Shown here one piece after another: positions 1 through 9,574 of a DNA stretch of 64,000 nt. How positions within the stretch are numbered: position 1 is the first letter of the stretch; every line of letters begins with the position of its first letter. A program made the position numbers and the translations under genes. The notes under the pieces were generated by a model, which saw only the letters and a program-made list of their open reading frames with translations, made no database searches and was not told where the DNA came from. Source of the DNA: an uncultured Gammaproteobacteria bacterium (GTDB lineage Bacteria > Patescibacteriota > Patescibacteriia > Magasanikbacterales > UBA922); NCBI GenBank assembly GCA_964522435.1, contig CAZFUL010000004.1, forward strand, positions 54,360 through 118,359, given 5' to 3'.

Positions 1-303
1 GATGCGTATACAGAATGGCAGGTAGAAACAAGATATCTCCATTATACCTTGTTGAAGGTGCGTATCCATACAGGGAGAACGCATCAAATTCGCGTGCATA
101 TGTATGCAAATGCGCATCCTGTTGTGGGAGACACCTTATATATGCAACGATCGTTTCTTCGCTATAACAACTTGCCACGGTTATTTTTACATGCGGCACG
201 CTTATCTTTTGCAGATAAAGAGGGAACTATTGTATCATACGAGCATCCTCTTCCAGAGGAACTCATTTCTTTTTTAGCGCATGCACGTCCGTATGTCTCA
301 TAA
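1..303 (+). CDS. RluA-family pseudouridine synthase, C-terminal fragment (5' end lies outside the window)
   Basis: The frame is open from base 1 and the window likely starts inside the gene. The translation ends with HTGRTHQIRVHM...LHAARLSF, the conserved C-terminal region of RluA/RluD-type pseudouridine synthases. Confidence 0.7.
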   Translation, partial: DAYTEWQVETRYLHYTLLKVRIHTGRTHQIRVHMYANAHPVVGDTLYMQRSFLRYNNLPRLFLHAARLSFADKEGTIVSYEHPLPEELISFLAHARPYVS

Positions 304-862
304 AAAATCTTTGATCATTATTTCTGGTCCTTCTGGGGCAGGAGAAGATTCTATTATTGATGGGATAGCTCATATACTTCCGATTGAACGGGTGATAACC
401 ACGACGACACGAGAGATGCGTCCGGGAGAATCACAAGCGAATCCGTATTATTTTATTTCTCAAAAAGAATTTGAACAAAAGATTGCAGAAGAAGGGCTCT
501 TTGAATATGCAAAACAATATAATGATAATTATTACGGGGTAACCAAAGAAGAAATACAACGGGTAGAAGAATCAGGGCGTATTGGAATTTGGAAGATTGA
601 TTATCAAGGGGTGATGAAAGCAAAAAAAGAGATTCCTGGTATTATTGCTATATTTATCTATGCGCCCTTGGCTATTTTAGAAGATCGTATTCGTCGTCGT
701 AGTCAGGTGTCCGAAGCCTATATTGCCGAGCGTATGGCCTATACCAAAGAGTGGATGCTCCATAGGGATATCTATGACTATGAAGTAGAGAATAAAGAGG
801 GAAAACTGGCTGAAACTATTGAGCAAGTGGTGGCTATTGTAAAAAAACATACGCTATCTTGA
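293..862 (+). CDS. gmk: Guanylate-kinase homolog with a non-canonical P-loop
   Basis: IISGPSGAGEDSII, then TTTREMRPGE...NPYYFIS..EF, and overall colinearity with Gmk. The internal ATG at 293 (MSHKKSL) is preferred over 281, which overlaps the upstream gene. The P-loop lysine is replaced (GAGEDS rather than GxGK[ST]). Confidence 0.7.
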   Translation: MSHKKSLIIISGPSGAGEDSIIDGIAHILPIERVITTTTREMRPGESQANPYYFISQKEFEQKIAEEGLFEYAKQYNDNYYGVTKEEIQRVEESGRIGIWKIDYQGVMKAKKEIPGIIAIFIYAPLAILEDRIRRRSQVSEAYIAERMAYTKEWMLHRDIYDYEVENKEGKLAETIEQVVAIVKKHTLS

Positions 863-987
863 CAAATATCCCTTTGTATATTACACTACGACCACATAAA
901 AATTATTACTTATCTATTAGTGATGTTGCGTGTTCCTGACAGCCTCAGGGGAAAAACAACCCAACCTCTCCCTCTATCATTTTCCCT

Positions 988-1365
988 ATGGAAGATATTC
1001 GCCACGCACTTAAACCTGGCATGATTGTCAAAGTGCACCAAAAGATTAAAGACGTAAATAGCAAAGGAGAAGAAAAAGAACGTATTCAGATTTTTGAAGG
1101 AATTATCCTTGCTATCAAACACGGAAAAGAACATGGAGCAACATTTACTGTGCGCAAAGACGCAAAAGGGTATGGGGTAGAAAAAATCTTCCCAATCAAC
1201 TCTCCGGTAGTTGCAGCAGTAGAATTGGTTCGCCAAATGAAAGTAATTCAAGCGCGTCCATACTTTATCCGAGACTATAAGAAAAAATTAAAAGAAATCA
1301 AACCAGAAAAAAAAGCAGCTACTCCAACAAAAGTAACTGAAACGGTTGAAGAAGCCTCTGTCTAA
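988..1365 (+). CDS. rplS: 50S ribosomal protein L19
   Basis: MIVKVHQKIKD...IQIFEGIILAIKHG...FTVRK...GVEKIFPINSP matches the L19 family over the whole length. Confidence 0.93.
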   Translation: MEDIRHALKPGMIVKVHQKIKDVNSKGEEKERIQIFEGIILAIKHGKEHGATFTVRKDAKGYGVEKIFPINSPVVAAVELVRQMKVIQARPYFIRDYKKKLKEIKPEKKAATPTKVTETVEEASV

Positions 1366-1381
1366 TACCGAACTGTATATA

Positions 1382-1417
1382 TAAAAACCCCGCACCATAC
1401 TGGTGCGGGGTTTTTTG
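1382..1417. terminator. Bidirectional rho-independent terminator between rplS (+) and uvrA (-)
   Basis: aaaaaCCCCGCACCatacTGGTGCGGGGtttttt: a 10-bp GC-rich stem flanked by an A-run and a T-run. Confidence 0.8.
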
Positions 1418-1436
1418 TATCGAGACTGTCTGGCGA

Positions 1437-4262
1437 TTAAAGCCCCATTTCTTTTAAGTAAACACCGGTGACACTGGTTTTAGATTTTATAATATCTTTG
1501 GGTGTACCTGTGGCTACAATGTCTCCACCTTTATTTCCTCCTTCTGGACCAAGGTCAATAATCCAGTCAGCACTTTTAATAATATCCAGGTTATGTTCAA
1601 TAGTAATAACCGTATTTCCTTTATCCACCAGTTTTTGAAGTACCTCTAATAAGCGAGTAATATCTTCAAAATGTAAACCGGTTGTTGGCTCGTCTAAAAT
1701 ATATAAGGTATTTCCCGTAGAGCGACGAGACAGTTCGGTTGCAAGTTTAATACGTTGCGCTTCTCCCCCAGAAACAGTGGTTGCTGGCTGCCCTAAGTGA
1801 ATATAGCCCAAGCCAACATCTCGCAGAATTTTTAATTTTTCTGAGATAGCTGGGATATCGTTAAAAAATTTATGTGCTTCTTCTACGGTCATTTCTAACA
1901 CGTCAGCAATGTTTCTTCCACGATAATGAACATCGCGTGCTTCTTTATTGTATCGTTTTCCTTCACATTCATTACACTCAACAAAGACATCACTCAAAAA
2001 TTGCATAGGGATACGTCGGTAGCCTTCACCTCCACAGGCTTCACAGCGCCCACCACCTTTTACATTAAAGCTAAACATACCAGCATCAAAGCCACGCATT
2101 TTTGCTTCTGGTTGTTCTGCAAACACATCACGAATGGTCGTAAATAATCCGGTATAGGTCGCCGGATTACTGCGAGGCGTACGGCCAATGGCACTTTGAT
2201 CAATAGAAATAACTTTATCAATATGATCAATACCCGTAATTTTTTTGTGAGGACCTGGTTCTGCTTTTGCGCGATAGAATTTTTTTGCTAAGGCACGTGC
2301 AAGGGTATCAATAACCAGACTAGATTTTCCTGAACCAGACACCCCGGTGACACAAATAAAGGTTCCCAAAGGAAAGGTTGCATCAACATTTTTTAAATTA
2401 AATGCGGTCGCTCCTGTAATAGTAATATTTTTTTTATTTCCCGTTCTATATTTTTTTGGTGCTTCAATATGTTTTTTTCCAATTAAATATTGCCCGGTTA
2501 ATGATTTTGGTGATTTTTTAATTTGGGCCGCAGTTCCTGTAGCAATGATTTCTCCTCCATATAATCCTGCACCAGGGCCAACGTCAATGACATAATCAGC
2601 AGATTCTATTGTTGCTTGATCATGCTCAACCACAATAACCGTGTTTCCCAAATCACGAAGCATTTTAAGGGTGTCAATTAACTTCAAATTATCTTTTGGA
2701 TGAAGCCCAATAGAGGGTTCATCTAAAATATAAATAACATCGGTTAACCCGGTAGAGAGTTGTGTTGATAAGCGAATACGCTGTGCTTCTCCTCCAGAGA
2801 GTGTTGTGACAGAACGATTTAAGGTTAAATAGGGTAAGCCAACCGCACAAAGATTATCTAGGCGAGCATAAATTTCTTTGGCAATAGGTTTAGCAATCTC
2901 TAATTGTTCTTTGGTAAGAAGGGCTAAAAATCCTTTTTTGTTGGTAGTTGAAAAAAATTCATAGGTATCTTCAATACTCATTTCTACAATATCGGCAATA
3001 CTTAAATCATGAATTTTTACAAAAAGAGATTCTTTCTTTAATCGTTTGCCATTACAAATAGGACAATCTTTTTCACGCATGTATTGCTCTATTTCTTTAC
3101 GGATATATTCTGAATCTGTTTCTGCATGGCGATGAATCAAATTGGGGACAATACCATCAAATGTCATTTTTTTACTGCCCACTTGGTAGCTTTGATCTTC
3201 TGTCCCATAATACAAGATATCCATGACTTTTTGGGGTAACTCTTTTACTGGCGTATGAACAGAAAAGTCATGTTCTTTTGCAACGGTTTCTAACAGTTGT
3301 TGATAATGCGATTGATTTCCTACAATACGTGTCCATGGTTGAATAGCGCCTTCTGCGAGAGTTAAGCGAGGATTGGGAATCACTAAGTCTGGTTCTACAT
3401 CTAACGTATAGCCAAGTCCGGTACAACGAGGACAAGCACCGTAGGGACTATTAAAGCTAAAACTGCGTGGTTCGATGGGGTCAAAAATACGGTTGGTATG
3501 AGAAGAATAGGGAAGCGTAGAATAACGAGTTTCATCTCCCTCGCTGGTTTCTACAATAAGAAATCCGTTGGATAATTCCAACCCTTTTTCAACTGCGCCT
3601 GGAATATTTAATTTTTTTCCTGAATCAATGCGTGCAATAAGCACATCAATATCATAGCTTTTTTCTGGATCAAAACGATATTTTTTTACGTCTTTCAAAC
3701 GCATAAGCACGCCGTTGACGCGAACCGTTTCAAATCCAGATTGTTCTACATTTGCAATAAGTGCTTTTGGTTTTACGCGTTGCTGTTGATTTAAGGGAGA
3801 AAAAATAAGCAATTCTCCTTCATATGTTCTTGCTTGATTTCTAATGATTTCAATAATTTCTCCAGCACTTTGGTGCGTCACGAGCGTATTTGTATCCGGA
3901 TCATACTGCACCCCTAAGCGAGCAAATAATAAACGAAGATAATCGTAAATTTCTGTTGTGGTACCCACCGTTGAACGAGGGTTTTGTGACACGTTTTTTT
4001 GGTCAATCGCAATGGTCGGGGATAAGCCTTTAATTTCATCAACATCTGGTTTATCTTGGATATCCATGAATTGGCGTGCATAGGCAGATAAACTTTCTGC
4101 ATAGCGACGTTGTCCTTCTGCGTAAATGGTATCAAAGGCAAGGGATGATTTTCCTGATCCAGATAGTCCGGTGATAACCGTGAGTTTGTTTTTTGGGATA
4201 GTAACCGAAACATTTTTTAGGTTATGCACCCGGGCGTTTTTAATACTGATTTCATTCTTCAT
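1437..4262 (-). CDS. uvrA: Excinuclease ABC subunit A
   Basis: [23 protein letters not shown]; two ABC ATPase modules (LSGGEAQR appears twice); zinc-finger cysteines; 941 aa. Confidence 0.97.
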   Translation of the reverse strand: MKNEISIKNARVHNLKNVSVTIPKNKLTVITGLSGSGKSSLAFDTIYAEGQRRYAESLSAYARQFMDIQDKPDVDEIKGLSPTIAIDQKNVSQNPRSTVGTTTEIYDYLRLLFARLGVQYDPDTNTLVTHQSAGEIIEIIRNQARTYEGELLIFSPLNQQQRVKPKALIANVEQSGFETVRVNGVLMRLKDVKKYRFDPEKSYDIDVLIARIDSGKKLNIPGAVEKGLELSNGFLIVETSEGDETRYSTLPYSSHTNRIFDPIEPRSFSFNSPYGACPRCTGLGYTLDVEPDLVIPNPRLTLAEGAIQPWTRIVGNQSHYQQLLETVAKEHDFSVHTPVKELPQKVMDILYYGTEDQSYQVGSKKMTFDGIVPNLIHRHAETDSEYIRKEIEQYMREKDCPICNGKRLKKESLFVKIHDLSIADIVEMSIEDTYEFFSTTNKKGFLALLTKEQLEIAKPIAKEIYARLDNLCAVGLPYLTLNRSVTTLSGGEAQRIRLSTQLSTGLTDVIYILDEPSIGLHPKDNLKLIDTLKMLRDLGNTVIVVEHDQATIESADYVIDVGPGAGLYGGEIIATGTAAQIKKSPKSLTGQYLIGKKHIEAPKKYRTGNKKNITITGATAFNLKNVDATFPLGTFICVTGVSGSGKSSLVIDTLARALAKKFYRAKAEPGPHKKITGIDHIDKVISIDQSAIGRTPRSNPATYTGLFTTIRDVFAEQPEAKMRGFDAGMFSFNVKGGGRCEACGGEGYRRIPMQFLSDVFVECNECEGKRYNKEARDVHYRGRNIADVLEMTVEEAHKFFNDIPAISEKLKILRDVGLGYIHLGQPATTVSGGEAQRIKLATELSRRSTGNTLYILDEPTTGLHFEDITRLLEVLQKLVDKGNTVITIEHNLDIIKSADWIIDLGPEGGNKGGDIVATGTPKDIIKSKTSVTGVYLKEMGL

Positions 4263-4268
4263 AGATGG

Positions 4269-5657
4269 TTATTTAAATCCAACGTCGGCATAAATTTTTC
4301 TTCTGAGGTCATCATCGCTCAGGCCTCCGAAAATAGGGTTATTATTATCAATGTCGGTAATGGCACTTACGTCAATTTGCTCTCCGCTCAACTTACCCGT
4401 AGTTACTTCTTCTAAGGTGTAAAGGTATTTTTTTATGTCTGGATTAAATTTTATTACTTCAAATGCGGCATCATCACCCAGATCTTTTCCTCCTCGTCCG
4501 ATAAAATGATTTTCATCATCTGGATCATTGTTTTCATCCATTTCAAATCGCCAGACAAAACCACGGAAAAATTCTTTTTGCAAACACGTGCTTTCTACTA
4601 ATGAGGGTATCCCTTGTTTATCATCGAATGTCAGGGTGACGATATAATTATTTCCTACGGTTTGTGTATTGTCTCGTGAGGGAATAGGAAAGAGCGTTCC
4701 ATTAATACAGAGCCCGTATAATTCTGTTTCCCCTTCATCGATGGGTGGCGTATCCCAGGCTTCTGTTAATAAATCAGGAAAGAGTGTGAGGCCATTATTA
4801 ACGACTTTAGCCACCATATCGCCTCGATAACATTTATCTTTGGTAGAGTCTCGTTCTTGTGGGGCACATATATGGTTTGGCTCACAACTTACCCCGCGGC
4901 AGGTAAGGTTACCAGATCCTTCGGGAATATAGATACTGCCACAGGCAGAGGGACGTTTTTCTTGAGAAAGAAAGGTTGGGTTTTTGATGCGTTTATCGGT
5001 TTCTTTTGGATCAAGTTGCTCTTGTTGTTCTTTAAAAAACGCTAAGTCTACCGTGGTTTGATTACAATATTTTGGTGTTAATTCCGCAGGGTTAATTAAC
5101 CAAATTTGGGGTAAACGTAAATTAACGGTGCGGGGATTAATGGTTTGCAGAATGGTGTAGGATAACGCGAGGATAATGAGTCCAATAATAGCTCCTTTTA
5201 TGCGTGTTTTGGCAGATTCAATAGTCGCACTATTTCCTCCAGAAACTGTCCACTGAAGTCCGGCAATAATAATAATGATGACGGCAATAATGGATGCAAT
5301 AATAAATCCGTATTGATATATATATTGTAAAAATTCTCCGATGTTTGAAAATTCATTTTTTCCGCCAAAACTTATAGCGGTAAGACTTTGTCCTGCGGGG
5401 AGACAAAATCCTAAATCTTCTCCTGTGCTATTTTCTGCGGCACCAGTTTTTTTTAATCCACCACAGGCTGCTACTGTTTCGCTTGATTGATAAAATCCTT
5501 TAGTAACCTCTGTTTCCGTAAGACCATATTTACTTCGGGTGTCATGGCATTCTGTTCTGGTAAAGCAACGGTTGTCTACGGCATGACCCGCTGTGGGAAT
5601 AAGAAAGAATACAACACAGGATAATGCGACAGCGATTCGAAGGGATAACGGATACAT
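4269..5657 (-). CDS. Cysteine-rich secreted/membrane protein of unknown function
   Basis: N-terminal signal peptide [26 protein letters not shown]. Many Cys residues. Two central hydrophobic segments ([19 protein letters not shown] and [15 protein letters not shown]). Sits 6 nt downstream of the dsbA-like gene on the same strand. Confidence 0.55.
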   Translation of the reverse strand: MYPLSLRIAVALSCVVFFLIPTAGHAVDNRCFTRTECHDTRSKYGLTETEVTKGFYQSSETVAACGGLKKTGAAENSTGEDLGFCLPAGQSLTAISFGGKNEFSNIGEFLQYIYQYGFIIASIIAVIIIIIAGLQWTVSGGNSATIESAKTRIKGAIIGLIILALSYTILQTINPRTVNLRLPQIWLINPAELTPKYCNQTTVDLAFFKEQQEQLDPKETDKRIKNPTFLSQEKRPSACGSIYIPEGSGNLTCRGVSCEPNHICAPQERDSTKDKCYRGDMVAKVVNNGLTLFPDLLTEAWDTPPIDEGETELYGLCINGTLFPIPSRDNTQTVGNNYIVTLTFDDKQGIPSLVESTCLQKEFFRGFVWRFEMDENNDPDDENHFIGRGGKDLGDDAAFEVIKFNPDIKKYLYTLEEVTTGKLSGEQIDVSAITDIDNNNPIFGGLSDDDLRRKIYADVGFK

Positions 5658-5663
5658 AGAGAA

Positions 5664-6431
5664 TTATTTATTCAACGAAGATAAAATAAGAGATTCCCAA
5701 TCTTGAAGAGAAATAACGCCTTCTACTTTGGTTTGGTTGATAATATAGGTTGGTGTGCCGCGTACACCAACGGTAATACCGTCTTGAATGTCTGTTTGCA
5801 CTTGAGTATATGTTTCTGTGTTTTCAATACAGTATGCAAAACTGGTGGTAGGAAGATTGAGATTTTTTGCATAAGATAAGAGTGCGCCATCCGTAAGAAC
5901 CTTTGTACTAAAGAGTTGTTGATAATAGGGCCAAAACGCTTGTTGGTTATGGGCACACTGCGCCGCGCGAGCGGCAATGTTTGCTTGCGGATGAATTTGC
6001 TCAATCGGGAAATGCTTAAAGACAATTTGTACGGCAGGGCCAAATCGGTCACGGATTGTTTCAAAAGTTGGGTATGCTTCTTGGCAAAACGGGCATTCAA
6101 AATCAATAAACGCAATAATAGTTACCGTTGCATCAGGATTACCATATTGTGGGTTGTGAGGACGAATGATGGTTTTTGCATCGATGGATACGGTATCTGA
6201 TTGGTCAACCGCGTTAGGTGCCACGGTAAATTGAGAAGAAAATTGTTTATTTAAGGCTTGTTTGGCAGCTTGGTCACCATATTTTTGCACCCACAAATAG
6301 TACCCAAACAAGATAATAAACACGATAACACTTATGGTAATGATCCCCAAAAACACAAAGAGCAGCATCTTTCCAACCGTAGGTGGTTTGGCAGAGGGGG
6401 GTGTCGAGATTGATCTCTTGGGTCCTTCCAT
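5664..6431 (-). CDS. DsbA-family thiol:disulfide oxidoreductase, membrane-anchored
   Basis: N-terminal TM segment (LLFVFLGIITISVIVFIILFG). Thioredoxin-fold active site FECPFCQ (CxxC). Length and motif spacing fit the DsbA/BdbD family. Confidence 0.75.
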   Translation of the reverse strand: MEGPKRSISTPPSAKPPTVGKMLLFVFLGIITISVIVFIILFGYYLWVQKYGDQAAKQALNKQFSSQFTVAPNAVDQSDTVSIDAKTIIRPHNPQYGNPDATVTIIAFIDFECPFCQEAYPTFETIRDRFGPAVQIVFKHFPIEQIHPQANIAARAAQCAHNQQAFWPYYQQLFSTKVLTDGALLSYAKNLNLPTTSFAYCIENTETYTQVQTDIQDGITVGVRGTPTYIINQTKVEGVISLQDWESLILSSLNK

Positions 6432-6521
6432 AGAATATATTGAGAATGCGTATAGTATAGCATAGTTTGGTAAAAGTCAACATAATCGTGGTCTTGGGTG
6501 CTCTATATTCATAATACAGCC

Positions 6522-6550
6522 TTGACTTTTTCTCTCTTTTTTTCTATACT
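6522..6550 (+). promoter_or_regulatory. Sigma70-type promoter for the rpsB-tsf operon
   Basis: TTGACT (6522-6527), a 17-nt T-rich spacer, then TATACT (6545-6550). This is an exact consensus-like -35/-10 pair. Confidence 0.65.
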
Positions 6551-6556
6551 ACGCCC

Positions 6557-6736
6557 ACTTTATATTTATTTCTCACCCACCTACGCCTCGCAAGCTCGGC
6601 TTTGGTGGGCAAGCCCGTCTTGTTCATTAAGATGATGAACATGGGCAAGCCCAGCATAAACGATCTCAAAAAGGCAAAATATTCCTCTATCTGACCACTC
6701 AGATAGCATGGGCGGGGAGGCAAAAGGAATTATTCT
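6557..6736 (+). promoter_or_regulatory. Long structured 5' leader of rpsB (candidate autoregulatory element)
   Basis: A roughly 180-nt untranslated leader with a duplicated GGGCAAGCCC motif. It contains CCCACC...GGTGGG pairing and the hairpin GTTCATtaagatgATGAAC. GGGAGG lies 14 nt upstream of the ATG. Confidence 0.4.
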
Positions 6737-7486
6737 ATGAAAAAAGCAGATATTTTATCACTGCTTAAAGCAGGAGCTCACTTTGGGCACCAAACATCTC
6801 GATGGCATCCAAAAATGAAGCCATTTATCTTTACCGAACGTCAAGGCGTTCATATTATTGATCTTGAAAAAACAATTGATCAATTAGAAGAGGTACTTGC
6901 ACAAGTAACAAAAATGGCAGCAGAAGGCAAAGTTATTTTGTTTGCGACCACAAAACCACAAGCAAAAGATATTGTAAAAGCAGCAGCAGAACGTTGTGGC
7001 ATGCCATACTTAATTGATCGTTGGTTAGGTGGTATGTTGACCAACTTTCCTGAAATGAAAAAATTAATTGCAAAATATAACTCGTTAAAAGAACAACAAG
7101 CAACGGGTGAATTAGAAAAATATACCAAAAAAGAACAATTAGATATTTCAAAAAAATTAGAAAAAATGGATACCTATCTTAGCGGGTTAGTATCTATACA
7201 AAAAATGCCAGACGTTATCTTTACTCCTTCAGTACAACGAGAAAAGACCGCAATGTTAGAAGCAAATCGTATGGGAGTAACGGTTGTGGGTGTTTGCGAT
7301 ACCAATGCAAATCCTGATCGCGTAGATTATGTAATCGCTGCAAACGATGACGCGGTTCGTTCTATTGAACTTATGGTGAATTTAGTTGCAGATGCTATTG
7401 TGGAAGGAAAAAAAGAATTAGAAAAAAATAAAGATATCTCTAAAAAAGACATGAGTGCTGTTCCTTCAAAAGAACAAGCAGCGTAG
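6737..7486 (+). CDS. rpsB: 30S ribosomal protein S2
   Basis: MKKADILSLLKAGAHFGHQTSRWHPKM...VHIIDLEKT is the canonical S2 N-terminus. Confidence 0.95.
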   Translation: MKKADILSLLKAGAHFGHQTSRWHPKMKPFIFTERQGVHIIDLEKTIDQLEEVLAQVTKMAAEGKVILFATTKPQAKDIVKAAAERCGMPYLIDRWLGGMLTNFPEMKKLIAKYNSLKEQQATGELEKYTKKEQLDISKKLEKMDTYLSGLVSIQKMPDVIFTPSVQREKTAMLEANRMGVTVVGVCDTNANPDRVDYVIAANDDAVRSIELMVNLVADAIVEGKKELEKNKDISKKDMSAVPSKEQAA

Positions 7487-7574
7487 GTTGTTTTCTTCTC
7501 GTACACTTAATTTGTCACAGGTGATATAGGCTAGGCCTGTATCATACTATCCTGTGTCTGATACGTGATACTAC

Positions 7575-8246
7575 GTGTCAGTAAGTATTCTTAATACTAT
7601 GTCTATTTCTGCTCAAGATGTCGCAACCCTTCGTTCTCAAACAGGCGCAGGGATGCTTGATTGTAAAAAAGCGCTTGATGAAGCGGGTGGAAACATGGAA
7701 AAAGCCACAGATATTTTACGCAGTAAAGGAGTCGCAAAAGCGGCAAAACGTGCAGGTAAAATTACTGCAGAAGGTATGGTAACCAGTTATATTCACGGCG
7801 GACGCGTTGGTGTCTTGGTGGAAGTAAATTGTGAAACTGACTTTGTGGCAAAAAATGATTCATTTAAAACGCTTGTTGGTGATATTGCCATGCATATTGC
7901 TGCTGTTTCTCCACGCTACGTCTCTCGCGATGAAGTTCCTGCTGATGTGGTTGAACGAGAAAAAGGAGTATATGCAGAACAATTAAAACAAGAAGGCAAG
8001 CCAGCTGAGATGGTTGAAAAAATTGTTCAAGGAAAATTAAATAAATTCTTTAGCGATATTTGTTTGTTAGAACAAGCATTTATTAAAGATGAAGAAAAAA
8101 CCGTTGAACAATTATTGGTAGAAAAAACTGGTGAAATTGGAGAAAAAATTACGGTTCGTCGCTTTGCTCGCTATGAAGTGGGTGAAGGAATTGAAAAACA
8201 AGTGAGTGATTTAGCAAAAGATGTTGCAGAACAACTTGGTGCCTAA
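7575..8246 (+). CDS. tsf: Elongation factor Ts
   Basis: VATLRSQTGAGMLDCKKALDEAGGNMEKATDILRSKG is the EF-Ts N-terminal UBA-like motif. It sits immediately downstream of rpsB, as in the classic operon. Confidence 0.95.
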   Translation: MSVSILNTMSISAQDVATLRSQTGAGMLDCKKALDEAGGNMEKATDILRSKGVAKAAKRAGKITAEGMVTSYIHGGRVGVLVEVNCETDFVAKNDSFKTLVGDIAMHIAAVSPRYVSRDEVPADVVEREKGVYAEQLKQEGKPAEMVEKIVQGKLNKFFSDICLLEQAFIKDEEKTVEQLLVEKTGEIGEKITVRRFARYEVGEGIEKQVSDLAKDVAEQLGA

Positions 8247-8260
8247 CCAGTATCTCTCAA

Positions 8261-8298
8261 AAAAAATAAAAACCCTCGATTATATCGAGGGTTTTTTT
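8261..8298. terminator. Bidirectional intrinsic terminator between tsf (+) and the DHH phosphoesterase (-)
   Basis: aaaaaaaataaaaaCCCTCGATtatATCGAGGGttttttt: an 8-bp stem flanked by an A-run and a T-run. Confidence 0.8.
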
Positions 8299-9448
8299 AT
8301 GCATGAATGTTTGTATTCAACAGCGCTGTTACATGATTTTCTGCGTCAATAAGAGACATGTTTTCAAGGATAAATGATACGCGTTTTTCATCACCTTGTT
8401 TGTTGGGAATATCTGCAAGCAGAGCAAGGGCATTCAATCCTTTTTCTGCGTGTAAGACGCCATGAATATCTTTTCCGTCCCCATTATCATGGTGTTCATG
8501 CAAAAGGAGAATCATTTTTTCTTCCGGAGAGTTCACAATAAGTTCATCAATAATATCATAGAGCTCATGCTCGCTGGCGCCGGAGCGGATAAAGTCTTCT
8601 CGGGTAATGGTACTTTTTACCAAGCCAATACTTTTGTCATAATTCATGTGCGCGAGCGCTTGTCCCCATAAGCGGAGCATGGCCAAGCTTTTTGTTTGGT
8701 ACAGGCGTTTAATAATCGCTTCTCGGTCTGCTCCCATATCAACGAGTTTGCTTGCGGTAGAGAGGGTATGTGGTCGAATATTATTCGATTTAAAACTCTG
8801 TGTTTTGGCAATCATGCCAGTGAGTAATGCGGTTGACATAGAGATATTTACACTGGGTGCATCAATATGTAACAAAAGATCCGTAAGCAATTCTGCGGTG
8901 GAACTCGCGGTAATATCTATAAGGGGAACATGACCAAAGTGGTCATTATTTGCATGATGGTCAATATTGATAACTGGCACAGTAAAAAAGAGTTCGGTGT
9001 TTTTTGTATATACCGTACCGAGAGAAGAGAGATCTGGTGTATCAAGAACTATAATAAGATCATGACGAAAGGCTGATTGCGCAGTTTGAATATGCTCCCG
9101 AGTTAAAAAGCCACTTTCTGGGGTGATAAAAATGTGCAGCTGTTTATCTCGGATGTCATAATTTAATTCCTCTACACCCGCATCCATCACATCAATCGTG
9201 ATCATGAATTTTTGTAAGTGGGGTACTTTTGGGAGTATGTGATCAGTACCTTCTAAAAAGCTAAATTTTTTCGGAAGAACAAAACCATCTGACACCACAT
9301 CCACTTGTTTTCCTTTGTGACGCAAAAAAAGAGCCAAGGCTGCGGCACTTGCAATAGCGTCTCCTTTCGTATCCCGTCCAAAGGTAATAAGAATATGACG
9401 GGCGTCTTGTATCAGTGTTTCTATTTGTTCATGACGGCTTTTTGCCAT
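8297..9448 (-). CDS. DHH-family phosphoesterase (NrnA-like oligoribonuclease/pAp phosphatase)
   Basis: DHH motif region (NIDHHANN). DHHA1-like C-terminal part. About 380 aa, typical of NrnA. Confidence 0.75.
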   Translation of the reverse strand: MAKSRHEQIETLIQDARHILITFGRDTKGDAIASAAALALFLRHKGKQVDVVSDGFVLPKKFSFLEGTDHILPKVPHLQKFMITIDVMDAGVEELNYDIRDKQLHIFITPESGFLTREHIQTAQSAFRHDLIIVLDTPDLSSLGTVYTKNTELFFTVPVINIDHHANNDHFGHVPLIDITASSTAELLTDLLLHIDAPSVNISMSTALLTGMIAKTQSFKSNNIRPHTLSTASKLVDMGADREAIIKRLYQTKSLAMLRLWGQALAHMNYDKSIGLVKSTITREDFIRSGASEHELYDIIDELIVNSPEEKMILLLHEHHDNGDGKDIHGVLHAEKGLNALALLADIPNKQGDEKRVSFILENMSLIDAENHVTALLNTNIHA

Positions 9449-9574
9449 AGTAATAGCGTATATTCAAAGCGATAGAGGATCCTATCATGGCACTTTTCCT
9501 CTGTCAAGGGATGTTTTAGCTTGAATTTTATATGGTATTACGATAGGATGGTGAGGTATAACATATGTTTTATG

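Noticed and set aside
910-1251. 113-aa minus-strand ORF antisense to rplS
   Set aside because: Low-complexity, Phe/Cys-rich translation opposite a strongly conserved ribosomal protein gene.
5723-6115. 130-aa alternative-frame ORF inside the dsbA-like gene (and similar nested ORFs inside uvrA, valS, argS, groEL and the giant gene)
   Set aside because: They are nested in the opposite or shifted frame within genes that have strong family signatures. These are typical overprinting noise.
9449-9574. Possible T-box riboswitch leaders upstream of valS, tyrS or argS
   Set aside because: The intergenic spaces are too short (about 100 nt or overlapping genes). No specifier or T-box consensus (AATTAGGGTGGNACCGCG) was seen.
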